Virus record (IMG/VR): IMGVR_UViG_2526164631_000023
Length of the DNA: 64,000 bases
Reading direction: 5' to 3' (one strand)
From: a virus
Lineage: Duplodnaviria > Heunggongvirae > Uroviricota > Caudoviricetes
This document shows, in pieces, positions 39,388-50,068 of the stretch. The first letter of the stretch is position 1; each line of letters begins with the position of its first letter. A program made the translations under genes and the position numbers. The notes under the pieces are model-generated. The model worked only from the letters and a program-made list of their open reading frames with translations, was not told the origin of the DNA and searched no databases.

Positions 39388-39872
39388 CATGCCTCATTAG
39401 TTGAGGTTGCTGCGTCTCCGACTGGTAACAGAGCGGTATTGCGTGGTTCGCCAGCAGGCCAGCGATAGCCAGACACTCTTGATGTTGGGAATGCGCGAAT
39501 ATTAACCGCATCCCCCTGGTTCCCACCCAGGACAAGCAGATCGCCATTGGCGCGGCGTCCGACAACGAAGCCTACGTGCCCACCGCCTACGCGGGTAAAT
39601 ACAACGATACATCCGTATGCCGGTGTATCTAATTTCTCGCCCCAATCCAGATAGGATTTTGCCGACTCAAATCTTGTTGAGCGGATGCCTACACGTTCCA
39701 GCATTGCACCGACAAATGCTGCGCACCACGGCGTTTCATCGTCTTTAATTCCGCCGCGCTTGATGTCGCGCCAGAACTGAACGATTTCAGGGTTGTGTTT
39801 AGCGCCTTTTATTTCAGTCAGGCCAATGTGCTTACGGGCTTCAATTAGCCAGCGAGGTTCAATGTTTGCCAT
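39387..39872 (-). CDS. putative cell-wall peptidase (NlpC/P60- or CHAP-like)
   Basis: 161 aa; Cys...His arrangement (PWCAAFVGAM ... GGGHVGFVVG) typical of papain-like amidases. Confidence 0.4.
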   Translation of the reverse strand: MANIEPRWLIEARKHIGLTEIKGAKHNPEIVQFWRDIKRGGIKDDETPWCAAFVGAMLERVGIRSTRFESAKSYLDWGEKLDTPAYGCIVVFTRVGGGHVGFVVGRRANGDLLVLGGNQGDAVNIRAFPTSRVSGYRWPAGEPRNTALLPVGDAATSTNEA

Positions 39873-39947
39873 ATTTTTCTCCCGGTCATGGGTTAATAAG
39901 TAGGCAAACTATGGGGAGTATGTGATTTTGACGGTAGTATCGTCCCC

Positions 39948-42900
39948 GTGAAAATAACATTCTCCATACCCTCTCAACCGTACCGCATAGCGGAATTTTT
40001 ACGGTTTAGAGGGGGAAATCCTTTGGACAAACTACTTCATTCAATCAGTGAAGCCTCCAGCTTAGGCGAACTGATTGAAATTGTTAGTCGGTTGCATAAA
40101 TTACGAGCTGTTGCGACCTTTGGCGTCAGGAAAGCCGATGGCGTCAGTATTCAGAAAACACGCCGGGCAGCAAACAATGCCGCAGTAAATCTTCTTAATT
40201 CCCTTCCGCCCGGCTTCGATGGGGCGAAATTAACTGACGAACAACGTCAGATTCTTGCCGGGTATACCGGTGAAGGCGGCCTGACAGATGGTGAGGGCAG
40301 CCAATACGAATACTACACGCCACAGTTTATGGCTGAAGGTATATGGGATCTGTTTGCTGGCTACGGTATTGATGGCGGGCACGTACTGGAACCATCAGCG
40401 GGCACAGGTATTTTCCAGGAGACAAAACGACAGGGCATGATAATGACCAGCGCCGAACTGTCTCCGATTTCCGGTCGAATAAACCAGCTTTTGCACCCGG
40501 AAGACGATGTGAATATCGGGGCGTTTGAGGCGCTGGCGGCGAAAGACGCAATGTATGATCACGCTGTTGGTAACGTACCGTTTGGTGAAGGGCGTTCCGG
40601 TGTCGCCGGGCTTGATCCGGCATATGCAAACGAGAAGAACGTTGGCAATTACTTTGTGCTGCGCACGATCGACAAGGTTAAGCCTGGTGGGCTTATCGTA
40701 TTGGTGGTGCCGAATGGCATGACCGATGGTGCGAAATATAAAAAATTGCGCGATAAAGTCAGCCGTAAAGCGGAATTTTTGGGCGCGCATCGTATGCCTT
40801 CCGGTACGTTCAGTGAATCAGGTACAGATACCGTGGTGGACGTATGGGTATTGCGTAAACACCCGGAAGCCTTCCTGGAGATGATCCCCGATACGGATGA
40901 TTCGACGCTCAAATCGGCAAACGTCCTTTGGGATACCTTCCTCAAAGGAAAATGGTTTACAACCGAAGGGAAGCGATTTGTTTACGGCGACATGGAACGT
41001 ACCAGCTTCCGCAATACCCTGGTGGTGAAAAAAGACGGTCGTGTATCCAATGAGTCGATGAAAACCGCGCTATCTCGTCGCTTTGATAGTCGCATCAATT
41101 GGGATTTGCTCGGCGTAACTACTCAGGCATGGCAGGGCGCGAAAGTGGGCGATAAACGCCTTGTAGGCGGTATCTGGCATGAGTTTGATGGTCTGAAATG
41201 GGTTAAGGACACGACAACCAAATCCTCCGCGCTTGATGTAAGTCGATATGGTGTTTCGACGTTTGGCGATCTGCAGATCGCGTTTCAGTCAACAAATGGC
41301 ATTCTGGCTTTGTCATGGGACCAGATATCGGCGATCGCGTCTGACTATCCATCGGTTGTCAGTGATGAAGTGGCAGCAATGATTCGCTTTGCTGGCAAGC
41401 AGCGAGAAAAAGACAGGGAGCGCGTTATGCGCGGTGCACTGATAGGTCAGTTGATCAACAAGGCACTTGATTTGCGTAACCTGGGGGTGAACGTTGATGA
41501 CAAACTGGCAGATGCATCCCGCCTGGCGGCAGCAGAAGTTGCGAAGTATGGACCACCGCACGCGATTAAGCTGAATGGGCTTGCTGAAGCTGGCGCTAAA
41601 AACTGGATGACGTTCACTGGCAATGTGAAACAGGATGGTTCCACTTCTGACCTTCTGGCAGGGCGACTTGATGTAACGGATGGTGCTGCCGGTATTGACT
41701 TTACGCGTCCTGAACAAGTGATAGCACATCTTTTTAGTGATGTAGCCCTTAATCCTATAACGCTGGGCGACTTTCGTGAGGCGTTTGCTGGTGAACTGCC
41801 AGAGGACGACGACGCGGCCCTTGAATACCTGGCGAAATTTGATGATATCGCTATTGATGGGTATGGCTGTCTGCTGCCGATGGACCGCGCCACCAGCGGC
41901 GATGTTGCAACCAAAACAGCACTGCTGATGGGCTGGCGTGATGCGTCAACAGGTGAGCAGAAAGCGAACTTTGAGCGTCAGTTGGCGAAAATCGAAGAGA
42001 AACGTATTTTCACGCCACTAAATAAAGTCACCGTTAATCTGAATGCCCGCTGGCTGGATCGCCGCTTGATAAAAGAGTTCCTGGCAGAGCAGGGCTATGA
42101 CGAGTTTAAGTACACTGAACCTGATCTGAAGGTCGTCGATGGCATTCTGGTATCTCCGGACGATTACGAAGGTAAGGACGGGGTATTTACCGGCTATCAG
42201 CTACGAACCGTAAACGGCAAAAACGGGAATGAGTTCAAGAAGGCCAACAATAAAGACGGCTTCCTGAACCAGTTAGAAAACTACCTGAACGGTGTTAAAC
42301 CGCGTGGGCAGAACGCTAACGAGTACCTGGATAAAATTGCTCAACTGGAAGTTAGTTTTAACGACTGGTTACGCACTCACCCGCAGGCTGATCAGATAGC
42401 CCGCGAGTATAACGACGCATTCAATGGTTTCATTCCGTTCACGCATTCTGACGCACCGCTTGGCCTGGAAGGGCTTAGTGGAAAGCGCATTCCTCTTACT
42501 TATCAGAATGAAGAAGTTCGGCGCTTGTCAGAAGATGGGCGCGGCATCATGGGATTTGGTACCGGGCTGGGTAAAACCACGACCGCGCTTGCGCTTGAGG
42601 CGTATAACTTCGAAACAGGTCGCACTAAACGCACGTGTATTGTTGTTCCGAAGGCGGTTTATCAGAACTGGTATCACGAGGCACAGAGTTTCTACAGTGC
42701 TGATGCCTTCGCCAATATGATGTTTATCGGTTTGGATGAAGTTCGTGATGACAGCGGAAATATTCTGACCGCGCCGGTGCTTGATGAAAATGGCGAACCA
42801 CGCCTCGACAGTAACGGGCAGCCTCTTACCAGAAATGTTGTGAAAGAGTCCGCCAGCGCCGTTATCGTTCAGCGTATGAACATGATCCCGTCGTCAAATT

Positions 42901-45900
42901 GGCGAACGGTCATCATGACAAAAGAACAATTCGCGTCTATCCCGCTACGAGAAAAAACCATCGAGGAGAACTCACAGCAAGCTGTCTTTAATGCTGTGGA
43001 AATGGGGCGTCTTGACCTGGCGTCCGGTAAACACCGTGATGCGCAGAAGAAGAACAAGATTAAGGATCAGGCCGCGAATACCGGTACAACGAAGAAGCAG
43101 AATATCCCGTACTTTGAGGATATGAACTTCGATAGCGTGATTGCCGACGAGGGGCATAATTACCGCAACTCCTTTAATGCCGGGCGTGAAGCGGGACAAC
43201 TGGCATATTTGCCTAACCCGGCAGTATCCAAGATGGCCCGCGACATGGCTGTAAAAGCTGCGTACATGATGAAACGCAACAACGGGCGTGGTGTAGTCAT
43301 GCTGACGGCAACTCCGCTGGTGAACAGTCCGATTGATGCCTTCAACATGCTGTCTACTGTCATTCCGCAGGAAGAGTGGATGCGCATGGGTATTGTTACG
43401 CCGGATGATTTCGTTCGCGTGTTCGGCAAAACAGCCACAGTTCAGGTTCAGAAAATTTCCGGTGAGGTGGAAGAGAAGCAGGGGCTGGTGGGCTTCCAGA
43501 ACCTTGATGGTCTGCGTGGTATTTTCCACCGTTGGACCACTCTGAAGACTGCCGCAGATGTCGGAGCGACGGTTAAAATTCCCGATATCATCGAGAACAC
43601 CTTGCAGATCCCGATGACAGGGGAGCAGGAGGCTGCTTATGAAGAGCTTCGTAAGCGTGCTCAGGAGTTAAGTCGCAATGATGAGCTGACAGTCGATGAA
43701 AACGGGCATATCACTAACGACAAACCGGATGATTTCATCTTCTCCATCATCCGCGACATGGATAAGGTTGCTATAGATCCGGATCTGTATGCCAGTGCGA
43801 TTACATTCCAGTTCCCCGTTGAGCTTGCAGACAAGGTAAAAGCTATTGCTGATGCCCTGCCAAAAGTCGCAGGCGGTAAAGTGGCAGATGATGCAGACGA
43901 GGCCGAAGAAGACGGCGCTGGTGGACTGGTCAGTACGCGTACCAGCAAGGTAGTGAAGACCACCTTTAGTGAACATCCGGCGCATGTTGAAATACGCGCC
44001 AGCATTGAACTGGAAGCTGAAATACTGAAGGCCATTGCTGCCGCCGGGATTGATCTGCAGCAGGTATCACACCCCATCCCACCGAAGTATGCCGCGCTGA
44101 TCGAAAACCTTCGTGAAGGTCTGAAGAACGGTAAACAAATTGTCTTCATTGATGAAAAAGCCCAGCACCAGAAGCTGCGCCGTATTATCGCCAGTGCACT
44201 GCAAATGCCGGAGCAGGAGATAGGCATTATCAATGCGACGACCGTTAGCCAAGCTGGCGGCATCAAGCTGAAGAAGGTGAATAAACCGACTGAACCTACT
44301 CCGAATAAAAACGGTGAATACAAAGAAGGGGCATGGGAAACCTACTACAGCAAACTTGCCCAATATGAGGATTATCTCTCAGCTAAAAATGATGCTGGCC
44401 TTGAGGGCATGGAAGGTATTGCCGCCGACTATAACGAAGGTCGCACGCGCATCATAATCTGTAACAAGAAGGCTGAAGTAGGTATTAACCTGCACATCGG
44501 GACAACCGATATCCACCACCTGACACTACCCTGGACACCAGCCAGTATCGACCAACGAAATGGGCGCGGTGCGCGCGTAGGGTCACCGCAAGAGAAGGTC
44601 AATGTTCACTACTATTGTGGCAAAGGCACATTCGATGACTTCCGTCTGGATACGCTTAAACGTAAGAAAGACTGGATCAAGATGGTGATGACCTCCGACA
44701 TGTCAGAGATCGCCAATGGTGATGCGGATGATGCTGATGAACGCGCCATTATGCTGGCGGCAAACCCGGAAGAACGCCGCGCAATCATGGCTCGCCAGGC
44801 GCAAGAGCGTGAAGAACGTCTGAAACTGAAAGCACAGCGCGAGGCCAACAATGCTCTCGATATCTACCTGAAAGCGGCAAACGCCGCCGGAAAAGATATC
44901 GGCATGATGGAGACAGAACTGAAAAGCGCGATGGAACAGATAGAGTATTACCAGCGAAATCTTGACGACCTGATAAAAGCGGGTACGAACAGGAATGGGC
45001 AAAAATACGCGCTTGAGCAGTTGAGTAGCTACAGAAAACGTGCGCGGGTGCTGCGGTTTGCGATCACCAGGGCAAAAGACGCGGATACCATAATGAAACG
45101 CTCTCGTGGTGATGTGGAGCGCGCTATTAAGTCTGGTGTGCTGGATATCAGTATCGATGTTATTCAGAACCCACAGGAATATATGCGCACTGACAAGAAT
45201 ATCCTGTTGCATAAAGGTAGTTATTACCGTGCAGTCATTGATGATCGCGAAACAACAGCGATTGTCCGGGTGGAAAAAATTGACGGTGAAAAAGCACAAT
45301 ACCTCTGCCGTATCGCCTGGCTGGATAGAGCAAGTCGTTACGCTCGAGCACCGGGGTCAATCATTACATTGCCGTTTGACTCTGTGATTGAAGCGGTAAC
45401 TTTTGAAGAGGGGGTAGCTGAATCGCGCGCAACGGCTGCGCGAGGTGTTCAGTGCCACCAGCTATCAACAATACTTACTCGCGATCAGTTCTATGATGCT
45501 ATTCGCAATGGGGTAATGAATGTTATTGCTGGTAAACCTGGTAATGCATGGGGCGGTGGGTCAGCTATTAAATACTGGGCATATCGCACAGATGATGGTC
45601 AGATCGCGCTGTCATCGGCCTATGATGGCGTGATAGGCCAAAAAATCGGGCGAGCATCGGATATAGCACCTGAGCGATGGATATATCCTGATGGCAACGA
45701 CGAGGCGCTGAAGCGTGAAGTGGCAAAAATACAAGCCAGTGATAACCCGCTGAATATCGTGGACGGCGAGGGATTCCTCCAGGCATTGTATGGGTATGAT
45801 TACATCCAGGGAATGCAGGCATGGGGCGCACAGGCAACGATGGATGATGTTGCCCAGGAGTTCGAAAACTGGATGGCTGGGCGTGGTCTGTCAGGTCGTT

Positions 45901-46859
45901 CGCTTAATAAAGTCACTTCTGAAGATATTCTTAGCTTGTTCCGCAAACCGTCCGGAGAAGGTCTGGAATCATTCTGGAGGACCGTGCTGGCATACCGTTT
46001 ATTCCAGGGCAGGATGAAAGCCTTTAGCAATATCGATGATATTGAACGGATGTTTAATCAGGTCAAGATCGCGAAAATTAAGGCGAAGATCGAAAAAACA
46101 CGTTCTGCGCTGGTGGCCTGGCGCGATGCATTGTTTGAGCAATATAAATCACTCAGTGATGCAGATGGATGGGCGGCATTGGAACAGCTGGCGAATAATG
46201 GGGTAGATGGAGCGAAACTCGCCATTGTTCAGGCTGATAACCCCCTGGAATCACCGGCAGCACAGTGGATTAAGGTGGGGGCTGTCATCAATGCATTTGA
46301 TGAAAAACACATTAGTAAGGACGATTTTGCTGATGCTGTTTCTGTTAATCGCCTGGTAGAAATGGCTACCCGCCGCGCCCGTGAGTTGAAAGACGGCGAC
46401 TATGTGAATGAGTTGCCGGATACGCTCAAATCGGCAACGTGGCAGGACTATGTATCGCTGAAAAACGGCGGGGCCACTGAATCAGAGATCGCGGAAAGGC
46501 TTGAGCAGGCTGAAAGCAAAAGAGAAGAGCAGGCGGCAGTGGCTGAAGCCAGAGCTGATGAAGCGGCGAATGATGACTATATCATTGTGGTTAATGATAA
46601 GCCGATTCGCGCTAAGGCGCGTGTTCGCGGGCGCTGGTGGAGCGTCAGCGAGGACGTTGGCGCGGTTTATCTCATTGCCGACCAACCAGGTTCCTCGACA
46701 ATACGGAACGCCAAAGACGCGATTAAGAAGATTGGCGGGCGTTTCTGGAATTTTGAAGCAAACCCGGTTGCTGATGTGAACTTTGACCGTCCTGCATGGA
46801 TGGTATCTACGCGTTACTCGGTAGATGAACTGCGTAAAATAATCGCCGATGCGGCCTAA
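39948..46859 (+). CDS. DarB-like giant N6-adenine methyltransferase / SF2 helicase (anti-restriction type), GTG start uncertain
   Basis: 2303 aa; MTase motifs VLEPSAGTGIF and NVPF; helicase motifs GFGTGLGKTTTA, VIADEGHNYRN, LTATPLVNSP, QRNGRGARVG. Confidence 0.8.
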   Translation: MKITFSIPSQPYRIAEFLRFRGGNPLDKLLHSISEASSLGELIEIVSRLHKLRAVATFGVRKADGVSIQKTRRAANNAAVNLLNSLPPGFDGAKLTDEQRQILAGYTGEGGLTDGEGSQYEYYTPQFMAEGIWDLFAGYGIDGGHVLEPSAGTGIFQETKRQGMIMTSAELSPISGRINQLLHPEDDVNIGAFEALAAKDAMYDHAVGNVPFGEGRSGVAGLDPAYANEKNVGNYFVLRTIDKVKPGGLIVLVVPNGMTDGAKYKKLRDKVSRKAEFLGAHRMPSGTFSESGTDTVVDVWVLRKHPEAFLEMIPDTDDSTLKSANVLWDTFLKGKWFTTEGKRFVYGDMERTSFRNTLVVKKDGRVSNESMKTALSRRFDSRINWDLLGVTTQAWQGAKVGDKRLVGGIWHEFDGLKWVKDTTTKSSALDVSRYGVSTFGDLQIAFQSTNGILALSWDQISAIASDYPSVVSDEVAAMIRFAGKQREKDRERVMRGALIGQLINKALDLRNLGVNVDDKLADASRLAAAEVAKYGPPHAIKLNGLAEAGAKNWMTFTGNVKQDGSTSDLLAGRLDVTDGAAGIDFTRPEQVIAHLFSDVALNPITLGDFREAFAGELPEDDDAALEYLAKFDDIAIDGYGCLLPMDRATSGDVATKTALLMGWRDASTGEQKANFERQLAKIEEKRIFTPLNKVTVNLNARWLDRRLIKEFLAEQGYDEFKYTEPDLKVVDGILVSPDDYEGKDGVFTGYQLRTVNGKNGNEFKKANNKDGFLNQLENYLNGVKPRGQNANEYLDKIAQLEVSFNDWLRTHPQADQIAREYNDAFNGFIPFTHSDAPLGLEGLSGKRIPLTYQNEEVRRLSEDGRGIMGFGTGLGKTTTALALEAYNFETGRTKRTCIVVPKAVYQNWYHEAQSFYSADAFANMMFIGLDEVRDDSGNILTAPVLDENGEPRLDSNGQPLTRNVVKESASAVIVQRMNMIPSSNWRTVIMTKEQFASIPLREKTIEENSQQAVFNAVEMGRLDLASGKHRDAQKKNKIKDQAANTGTTKKQNIPYFEDMNFDSVIADEGHNYRNSFNAGREAGQLAYLPNPAVSKMARDMAVKAAYMMKRNNGRGVVMLTATPLVNSPIDAFNMLSTVIPQEEWMRMGIVTPDDFVRVFGKTATVQVQKISGEVEEKQGLVGFQNLDGLRGIFHRWTTLKTAADVGATVKIPDIIENTLQIPMTGEQEAAYEELRKRAQELSRNDELTVDENGHITNDKPDDFIFSIIRDMDKVAIDPDLYASAITFQFPVELADKVKAIADALPKVAGGKVADDADEAEEDGAGGLVSTRTSKVVKTTFSEHPAHVEIRASIELEAEILKAIAAAGIDLQQVSHPIPPKYAALIENLREGLKNGKQIVFIDEKAQHQKLRRIIASALQMPEQEIGIINATTVSQAGGIKLKKVNKPTEPTPNKNGEYKEGAWETYYSKLAQYEDYLSAKNDAGLEGMEGIAADYNEGRTRIIICNKKAEVGINLHIGTTDIHHLTLPWTPASIDQRNGRGARVGSPQEKVNVHYYCGKGTFDDFRLDTLKRKKDWIKMVMTSDMSEIANGDADDADERAIMLAANPEERRAIMARQAQEREERLKLKAQREANNALDIYLKAANAAGKDIGMMETELKSAMEQIEYYQRNLDDLIKAGTNRNGQKYALEQLSSYRKRARVLRFAITRAKDADTIMKRSRGDVERAIKSGVLDISIDVIQNPQEYMRTDKNILLHKGSYYRAVIDDRETTAIVRVEKIDGEKAQYLCRIAWLDRASRYARAPGSIITLPFDSVIEAVTFEEGVAESRATAARGVQCHQLSTILTRDQFYDAIRNGVMNVIAGKPGNAWGGGSAIKYWAYRTDDGQIALSSAYDGVIGQKIGRASDIAPERWIYPDGNDEALKREVAKIQASDNPLNIVDGEGFLQALYGYDYIQGMQAWGAQATMDDVAQEFENWMAGRGLSGRSLNKVTSEDILSLFRKPSGEGLESFWRTVLAYRLFQGRMKAFSNIDDIERMFNQVKIAKIKAKIEKTRSALVAWRDALFEQYKSLSDADGWAALEQLANNGVDGAKLAIVQADNPLESPAAQWIKVGAVINAFDEKHISKDDFADAVSVNRLVEMATRRARELKDGDYVNELPDTLKSATWQDYVSLKNGGATESEIAERLEQAESKREEQAAVAEARADEAANDDYIIVVNDKPIRAKARVRGRWWSVSEDVGAVYLIADQPGSSTIRNAKDAIKKIGGRFWNFEANPVADVNFDRPAWMVSTRYSVDELRKIIADAA

Positions 46860-46895
46860 CAGATAAGGAGCGGCCCCAACCGGGGCCGAATTTGA

Positions 46896-47330
46896 ATGAC
46901 GACATTAATTGACACTGTAAAACCGACGGAATCCTACCTTGATGACAATTTGCCGCAGGCGCTCAATGGCAGGAGTGAAGAGGCGTTTCTGGATGCATAT
47001 CTGAATGGCATGGTGGAAAGGCTGAAACGAGATCCACAGCTTTATCACCTTTATGGGCCGTGGTGGCCTGCGCTTAAAACGTTATTGCTGGAGCGCGGCG
47101 ACATATCATTTGGACAAGTTGTAGATAGTGATGTGGCAGAGATCTACAAAATGAGTCGCCCGGCGCTTACGGTTTTGGCTGGGCATCTGTATTCGAGCGA
47201 TCGCCTGGAAAATGACGCGGTATACAATCCTGTTCATGCTCTGGAAGTCGCACCTTATGCCGATGATACAGAGCCATACGTGTACACAAGTTACGACGAG
47301 TCTATAGAGAAATATCGAATCATGGGGTAG
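46896..47330 (+). CDS. hypothetical protein
   Basis: 144 aa, ORF track. Confidence 0.35.
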   Translation: MTTLIDTVKPTESYLDDNLPQALNGRSEEAFLDAYLNGMVERLKRDPQLYHLYGPWWPALKTLLLERGDISFGQVVDSDVAEIYKMSRPALTVLAGHLYSSDRLENDAVYNPVHALEVAPYADDTEPYVYTSYDESIEKYRIMG

Positions 47331-47332
47331 CC

Positions 47333-47593
47333 ATGCGAAAGAATCGTAGGTTTACGGTCGAAGACCTAAAGGAATATTCCATATCGAAGGGGTATATCCT
47401 TGAGTTCCACCGATACAAGAAGGTTTTTACGCTGCGAAAAGCAGAAAACCCTGCGAACTGGAGCTGGATATACTTTCCTCACACCGATGATAAGTTGGTA
47501 GAACTTGTTGATGATTTAACCTATGAAGGTTGGTTGATCGCAATCGACAAGACAATCAAAGAATTATCCGAACAGGATAAAATAACCCTTTAA
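47333..47593 (+). CDS. hypothetical protein
   Basis: 86 aa; hairpin GGGTAAATGCCATGCGATTTACCC follows. Confidence 0.3.
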   Translation: MRKNRRFTVEDLKEYSISKGYILEFHRYKKVFTLRKAENPANWSWIYFPHTDDKLVELVDDLTYEGWLIAIDKTIKELSEQDKITL

Positions 47594-47729
47594 AAATAAC
47601 AGGTTGGGTAAATGCCATGCGATTTACCCTCCTTGTTGATTAAGGTCACTCTTTACTCTAAAAGCAAATCCGACCTGTTGCATATAGACCATCCTTGAGT
47701 AGTATCTCTCTTGTTTTACAAATCTAACG

Positions 47730-48224
47730 TTGTTGTTATTATTTCGCATATTTACTATCAATGAGTGTGTTAGAAAAATAGCGCGAAAGAGAAGGCGTCG
47801 CAGTGAATATTCTGAAACATCCCCACATGCCGCAGCTCTTAGAGAACTGGAGAAAAACCCAGATCTAATCAAAAGGAACCATGAGCATTACGAGCAGGTT
47901 CGCGTCCTGGACTGGTTGTATCGCAATATGCGTTATGTGTATGAGCATACTCACGCCACTCCAAACGGTGGTCTGCGAGGCATAAGGACGGCAATAAAAA
48001 TGGTGGCAGAGGGCCAAAAGAAGGTATATCCCGATCTTTCTATAGACCTTGCTTGTGGGGGATACCACGGAATGCGCATTGAGATGAAACATGGGAGAAA
48101 TCGCCTGACTCCCGAACAACTCGTCTGGATGACTCGCCTCACTGAAGCCGGTTACTACTGCTTTGAGGCGCGCAGTGCCGCTGAAGCCATAAAAGCTATC
48201 ACGGAGTATGTTTGTCTTGATTAA
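47730..48224 (+). CDS. VRR-NUC domain nuclease (true start downstream of the motif, probably non-ATG)
   Basis: EQVRVLDWL ... GYHGMRIEMKHGRNRLTPEQ fits the VRR-NUC/PD-(D/E)xK pattern; no in-frame ATG between the motif and the domain. Confidence 0.45.
   Translation: MLLLFRIFTINECVRKIARKRRRRSEYSETSPHAAALRELEKNPDLIKRNHEHYEQVRVLDWLYRNMRYVYEHTHATPNGGLRGIRTAIKMVAEGQKKVYPDLSIDLACGGYHGMRIEMKHGRNRLTPEQLVWMTRLTEAGYYCFEARSAAEAIKAITEYVCLD
47766..47776 (+). promoter_or_regulatory. TGTGTTAGAAA motif copy
   Basis: TGAGTGTGTTAGAAAAATAG. Confidence 0.4.
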
Positions 48225-48238
48225 ACGGAGAAATCGTT

Positions 48239-48439
48239 TTGCGTTTACTTAACGTGGCAGAACTTATCCCTGCAGGAACTAATGCTATCGCTCGTCGTCG
48301 CTCATGGCAGCAGGCTCTATGTATTGAGATCTCGAAACGTATCAATGGAAGTTTTGAAGCTCGCAATATTGTTACTGGCGATAAGGTTCACATAACCCCG
48401 GAAAGTGCAAGCGCTGATGATTGGGAGTTTGTACATTGA
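48239..48439 (+). CDS. small hypothetical protein (TTG start)
   Basis: 66 aa ORF. Confidence 0.25.
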   Translation: MRLLNVAELIPAGTNAIARRRSWQQALCIEISKRINGSFEARNIVTGDKVHITPESASADDWEFVH

Positions 48440-48735
48440 GCAAAAAATATTATGTGAGTCTGGCGTTCGCTGACGATGCGGGGAGGACGCGGAGTATCAC
48501 GTTGAGCACACCGGTTAAGGCTGTGACAGCGCCGTTAATCCGTGAAGCTCTCAGAGAGCTGGAATTGGGGGAAAACTCGGCACTGTTGTCGGTTAGTTGG
48601 TTCGGGAAAATGTCAGAGAAACAATACGTGGATGGAGTTACCCCAATAACAGTAATGAGGCTACTTTCATTGCTGCAATGGGCCATCGTACCTGTATTTA
48701 TCGCGTATCTTATTTATCAGGCTGCAACACAGTAA
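48436..48735 (+). CDS. small protein with C-terminal TM helix (TTG start after GGAG)
   Basis: MSKKYYVSLAF...LLSLLQWAIVPVFIAYLIY. Confidence 0.3.
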   Translation: MSKKYYVSLAFADDAGRTRSITLSTPVKAVTAPLIREALRELELGENSALLSVSWFGKMSEKQYVDGVTPITVMRLLSLLQWAIVPVFIAYLIYQAATQ

Positions 48736-48742
48736 TTGCATA

Positions 48743-48769
48743 AAAACCCGCCAATTAGCGGGTTTTTTG
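48743..48769 (+). terminator. rho-independent terminator
   Basis: AAAAACCCGCCAATTAGCGGGTTTTTT. Confidence 0.7.
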
Positions 48770-48810
48770 TTTATTGCATCTTCCGATACCGTCATCAAAC
48801 TAATAAAATA

Positions 48811-48819
48811 TGTTAGAAA
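48811..48819 (+). promoter_or_regulatory. TGTTAGAAA motif copy
   Basis: AATATGTTAGAAAACTAATTT, about 15 bp before the RBS of the 48834 gene. Confidence 0.4.
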
Positions 48820-48833
48820 ACTAATTTAAAAAA

Positions 48834-50057
48834 GTGACGGGAACAGCAATGAGTCAACACACTGATACTTCTAATCTGGAAATTATCTCGACAGCAATTG
48901 AAACGCTGCGCACACAAATCGCTCTTATACAGAAACGGAATCCGGGTGATGACCTGTCAAAGCGACTGCACGAGAGTGTCATTGCCACTACAGATAACCT
49001 GGTGGCGGAAATCAACAAGCTGCTTGATGATGGGGCAGTTGATTACAATAAGCTGGTGGATCAGTTTGAGGAATACCAACAAGCAGTTAATGATGGCTTG
49101 ATCCGTTTTTCACAAGTCACAGGCGTATCAGCGACAGTTGAAAGCCTGGGTGATGCAGTTAATCAATTTGCCGCGAATATGCGTAATGAGATCGGCAATC
49201 TGGAAGCGCGTCTTGAACAGGCAAATACACTGCGTAAATCTGCCGAAGCCGATTTGAACCGTTACAAAAAAGACTATCCGCCAAGCCTGACAAAGCGGCT
49301 GGATGTTGCGGAGAAGGATAACCGCACGCTGAAAAGAGAGCGCCGGGAACTAAAAGAGCGTTTAACCAAGCTCAATCAGCAATGCATTGATTATCAAGGC
49401 GAAGGCGTCACACTGCGTAAAAAGTTGGCTACAGCGCAGAGCATTATCGAAACATTAAAGCGAGAGTGCTCACAGCTTGGTCACGATCTGAACCGTGCTT
49501 GTGGCATGGGACAAAGACCAGAGACATTTCCACTTATGTATGATGGAAGGGATGCCATTGCCTACATCCATGAGTATCCGCACGGCCTGGTTGCGGAAAC
49601 TGGGCAGCGTGGCGAAGCACTGCTGACGGCTAATTACCATCAACAAATCAGAACCAATCGCCTGTTAACGATGGATGTGATCCCATCGGTATGGGGAACG
49701 CCGCTTTACTATCGCCTGCCGGGCTTCGAAAAGGACTGGAATACCGACATAGACGAATGTCTCGCAGATAAAATTATGGCGTACCTGGAGACGGATTTTC
49801 CGCGCTTATATCGCCGGATTATGGACTCTAAGGATGCGCCAATCGATGAATTAAAAATGCGTCCGGAGACGCTGGAGGCAATCAAGCAGACGGAGTTTGA
49901 TACTGTATTCAGTGTGGCCTGCATTCCAAGCTGTTTCCATGAAAGCATCCCGTTCATGCAAGGAGATCGTCGTCAGGAAATCATTGACGCTTGCCGGGTA
50001 TGGGCGAACGAATGGGATAAGAAGAATGGGGGTGTAGAAGATCTTTATGGGAAATAA
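48834..50057 (+). CDS. hypothetical protein with N-terminal coiled coil
   Basis: 407 aa ORF. Confidence 0.4.
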   Translation: MTGTAMSQHTDTSNLEIISTAIETLRTQIALIQKRNPGDDLSKRLHESVIATTDNLVAEINKLLDDGAVDYNKLVDQFEEYQQAVNDGLIRFSQVTGVSATVESLGDAVNQFAANMRNEIGNLEARLEQANTLRKSAEADLNRYKKDYPPSLTKRLDVAEKDNRTLKRERRELKERLTKLNQQCIDYQGEGVTLRKKLATAQSIIETLKRECSQLGHDLNRACGMGQRPETFPLMYDGRDAIAYIHEYPHGLVAETGQRGEALLTANYHQQIRTNRLLTMDVIPSVWGTPLYYRLPGFEKDWNTDIDECLADKIMAYLETDFPRLYRRIMDSKDAPIDELKMRPETLEAIKQTEFDTVFSVACIPSCFHESIPFMQGDRRQEIIDACRVWANEWDKKNGGVEDLYGK

Positions 50058-50068
50058 TGTGTTAGAAA
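50058..50068 (+). promoter_or_regulatory. TGTGTTAGAAA motif copy followed by TAAAAT
   Basis: TAATGTGTTAGAAATCTAAAATCACA, near-identical extended element to the 4051 copy. Confidence 0.45.

Noticed and set aside
40327-46030. Numerous 60-220 aa ORFs on the minus strand inside the DarB-like gene
   Set aside because: All are nested antisense within a 2303-aa ORF carrying ordered MTase and helicase motifs; no RBS or motif support.
46871-46888. Hairpin CGGCCCCAACCGGGGCCG after the DarB-like gene as a terminator
   Set aside because: No U-tract follows and the next gene starts 8 bp later; more likely a stabilising stem or attenuator than a full terminator.
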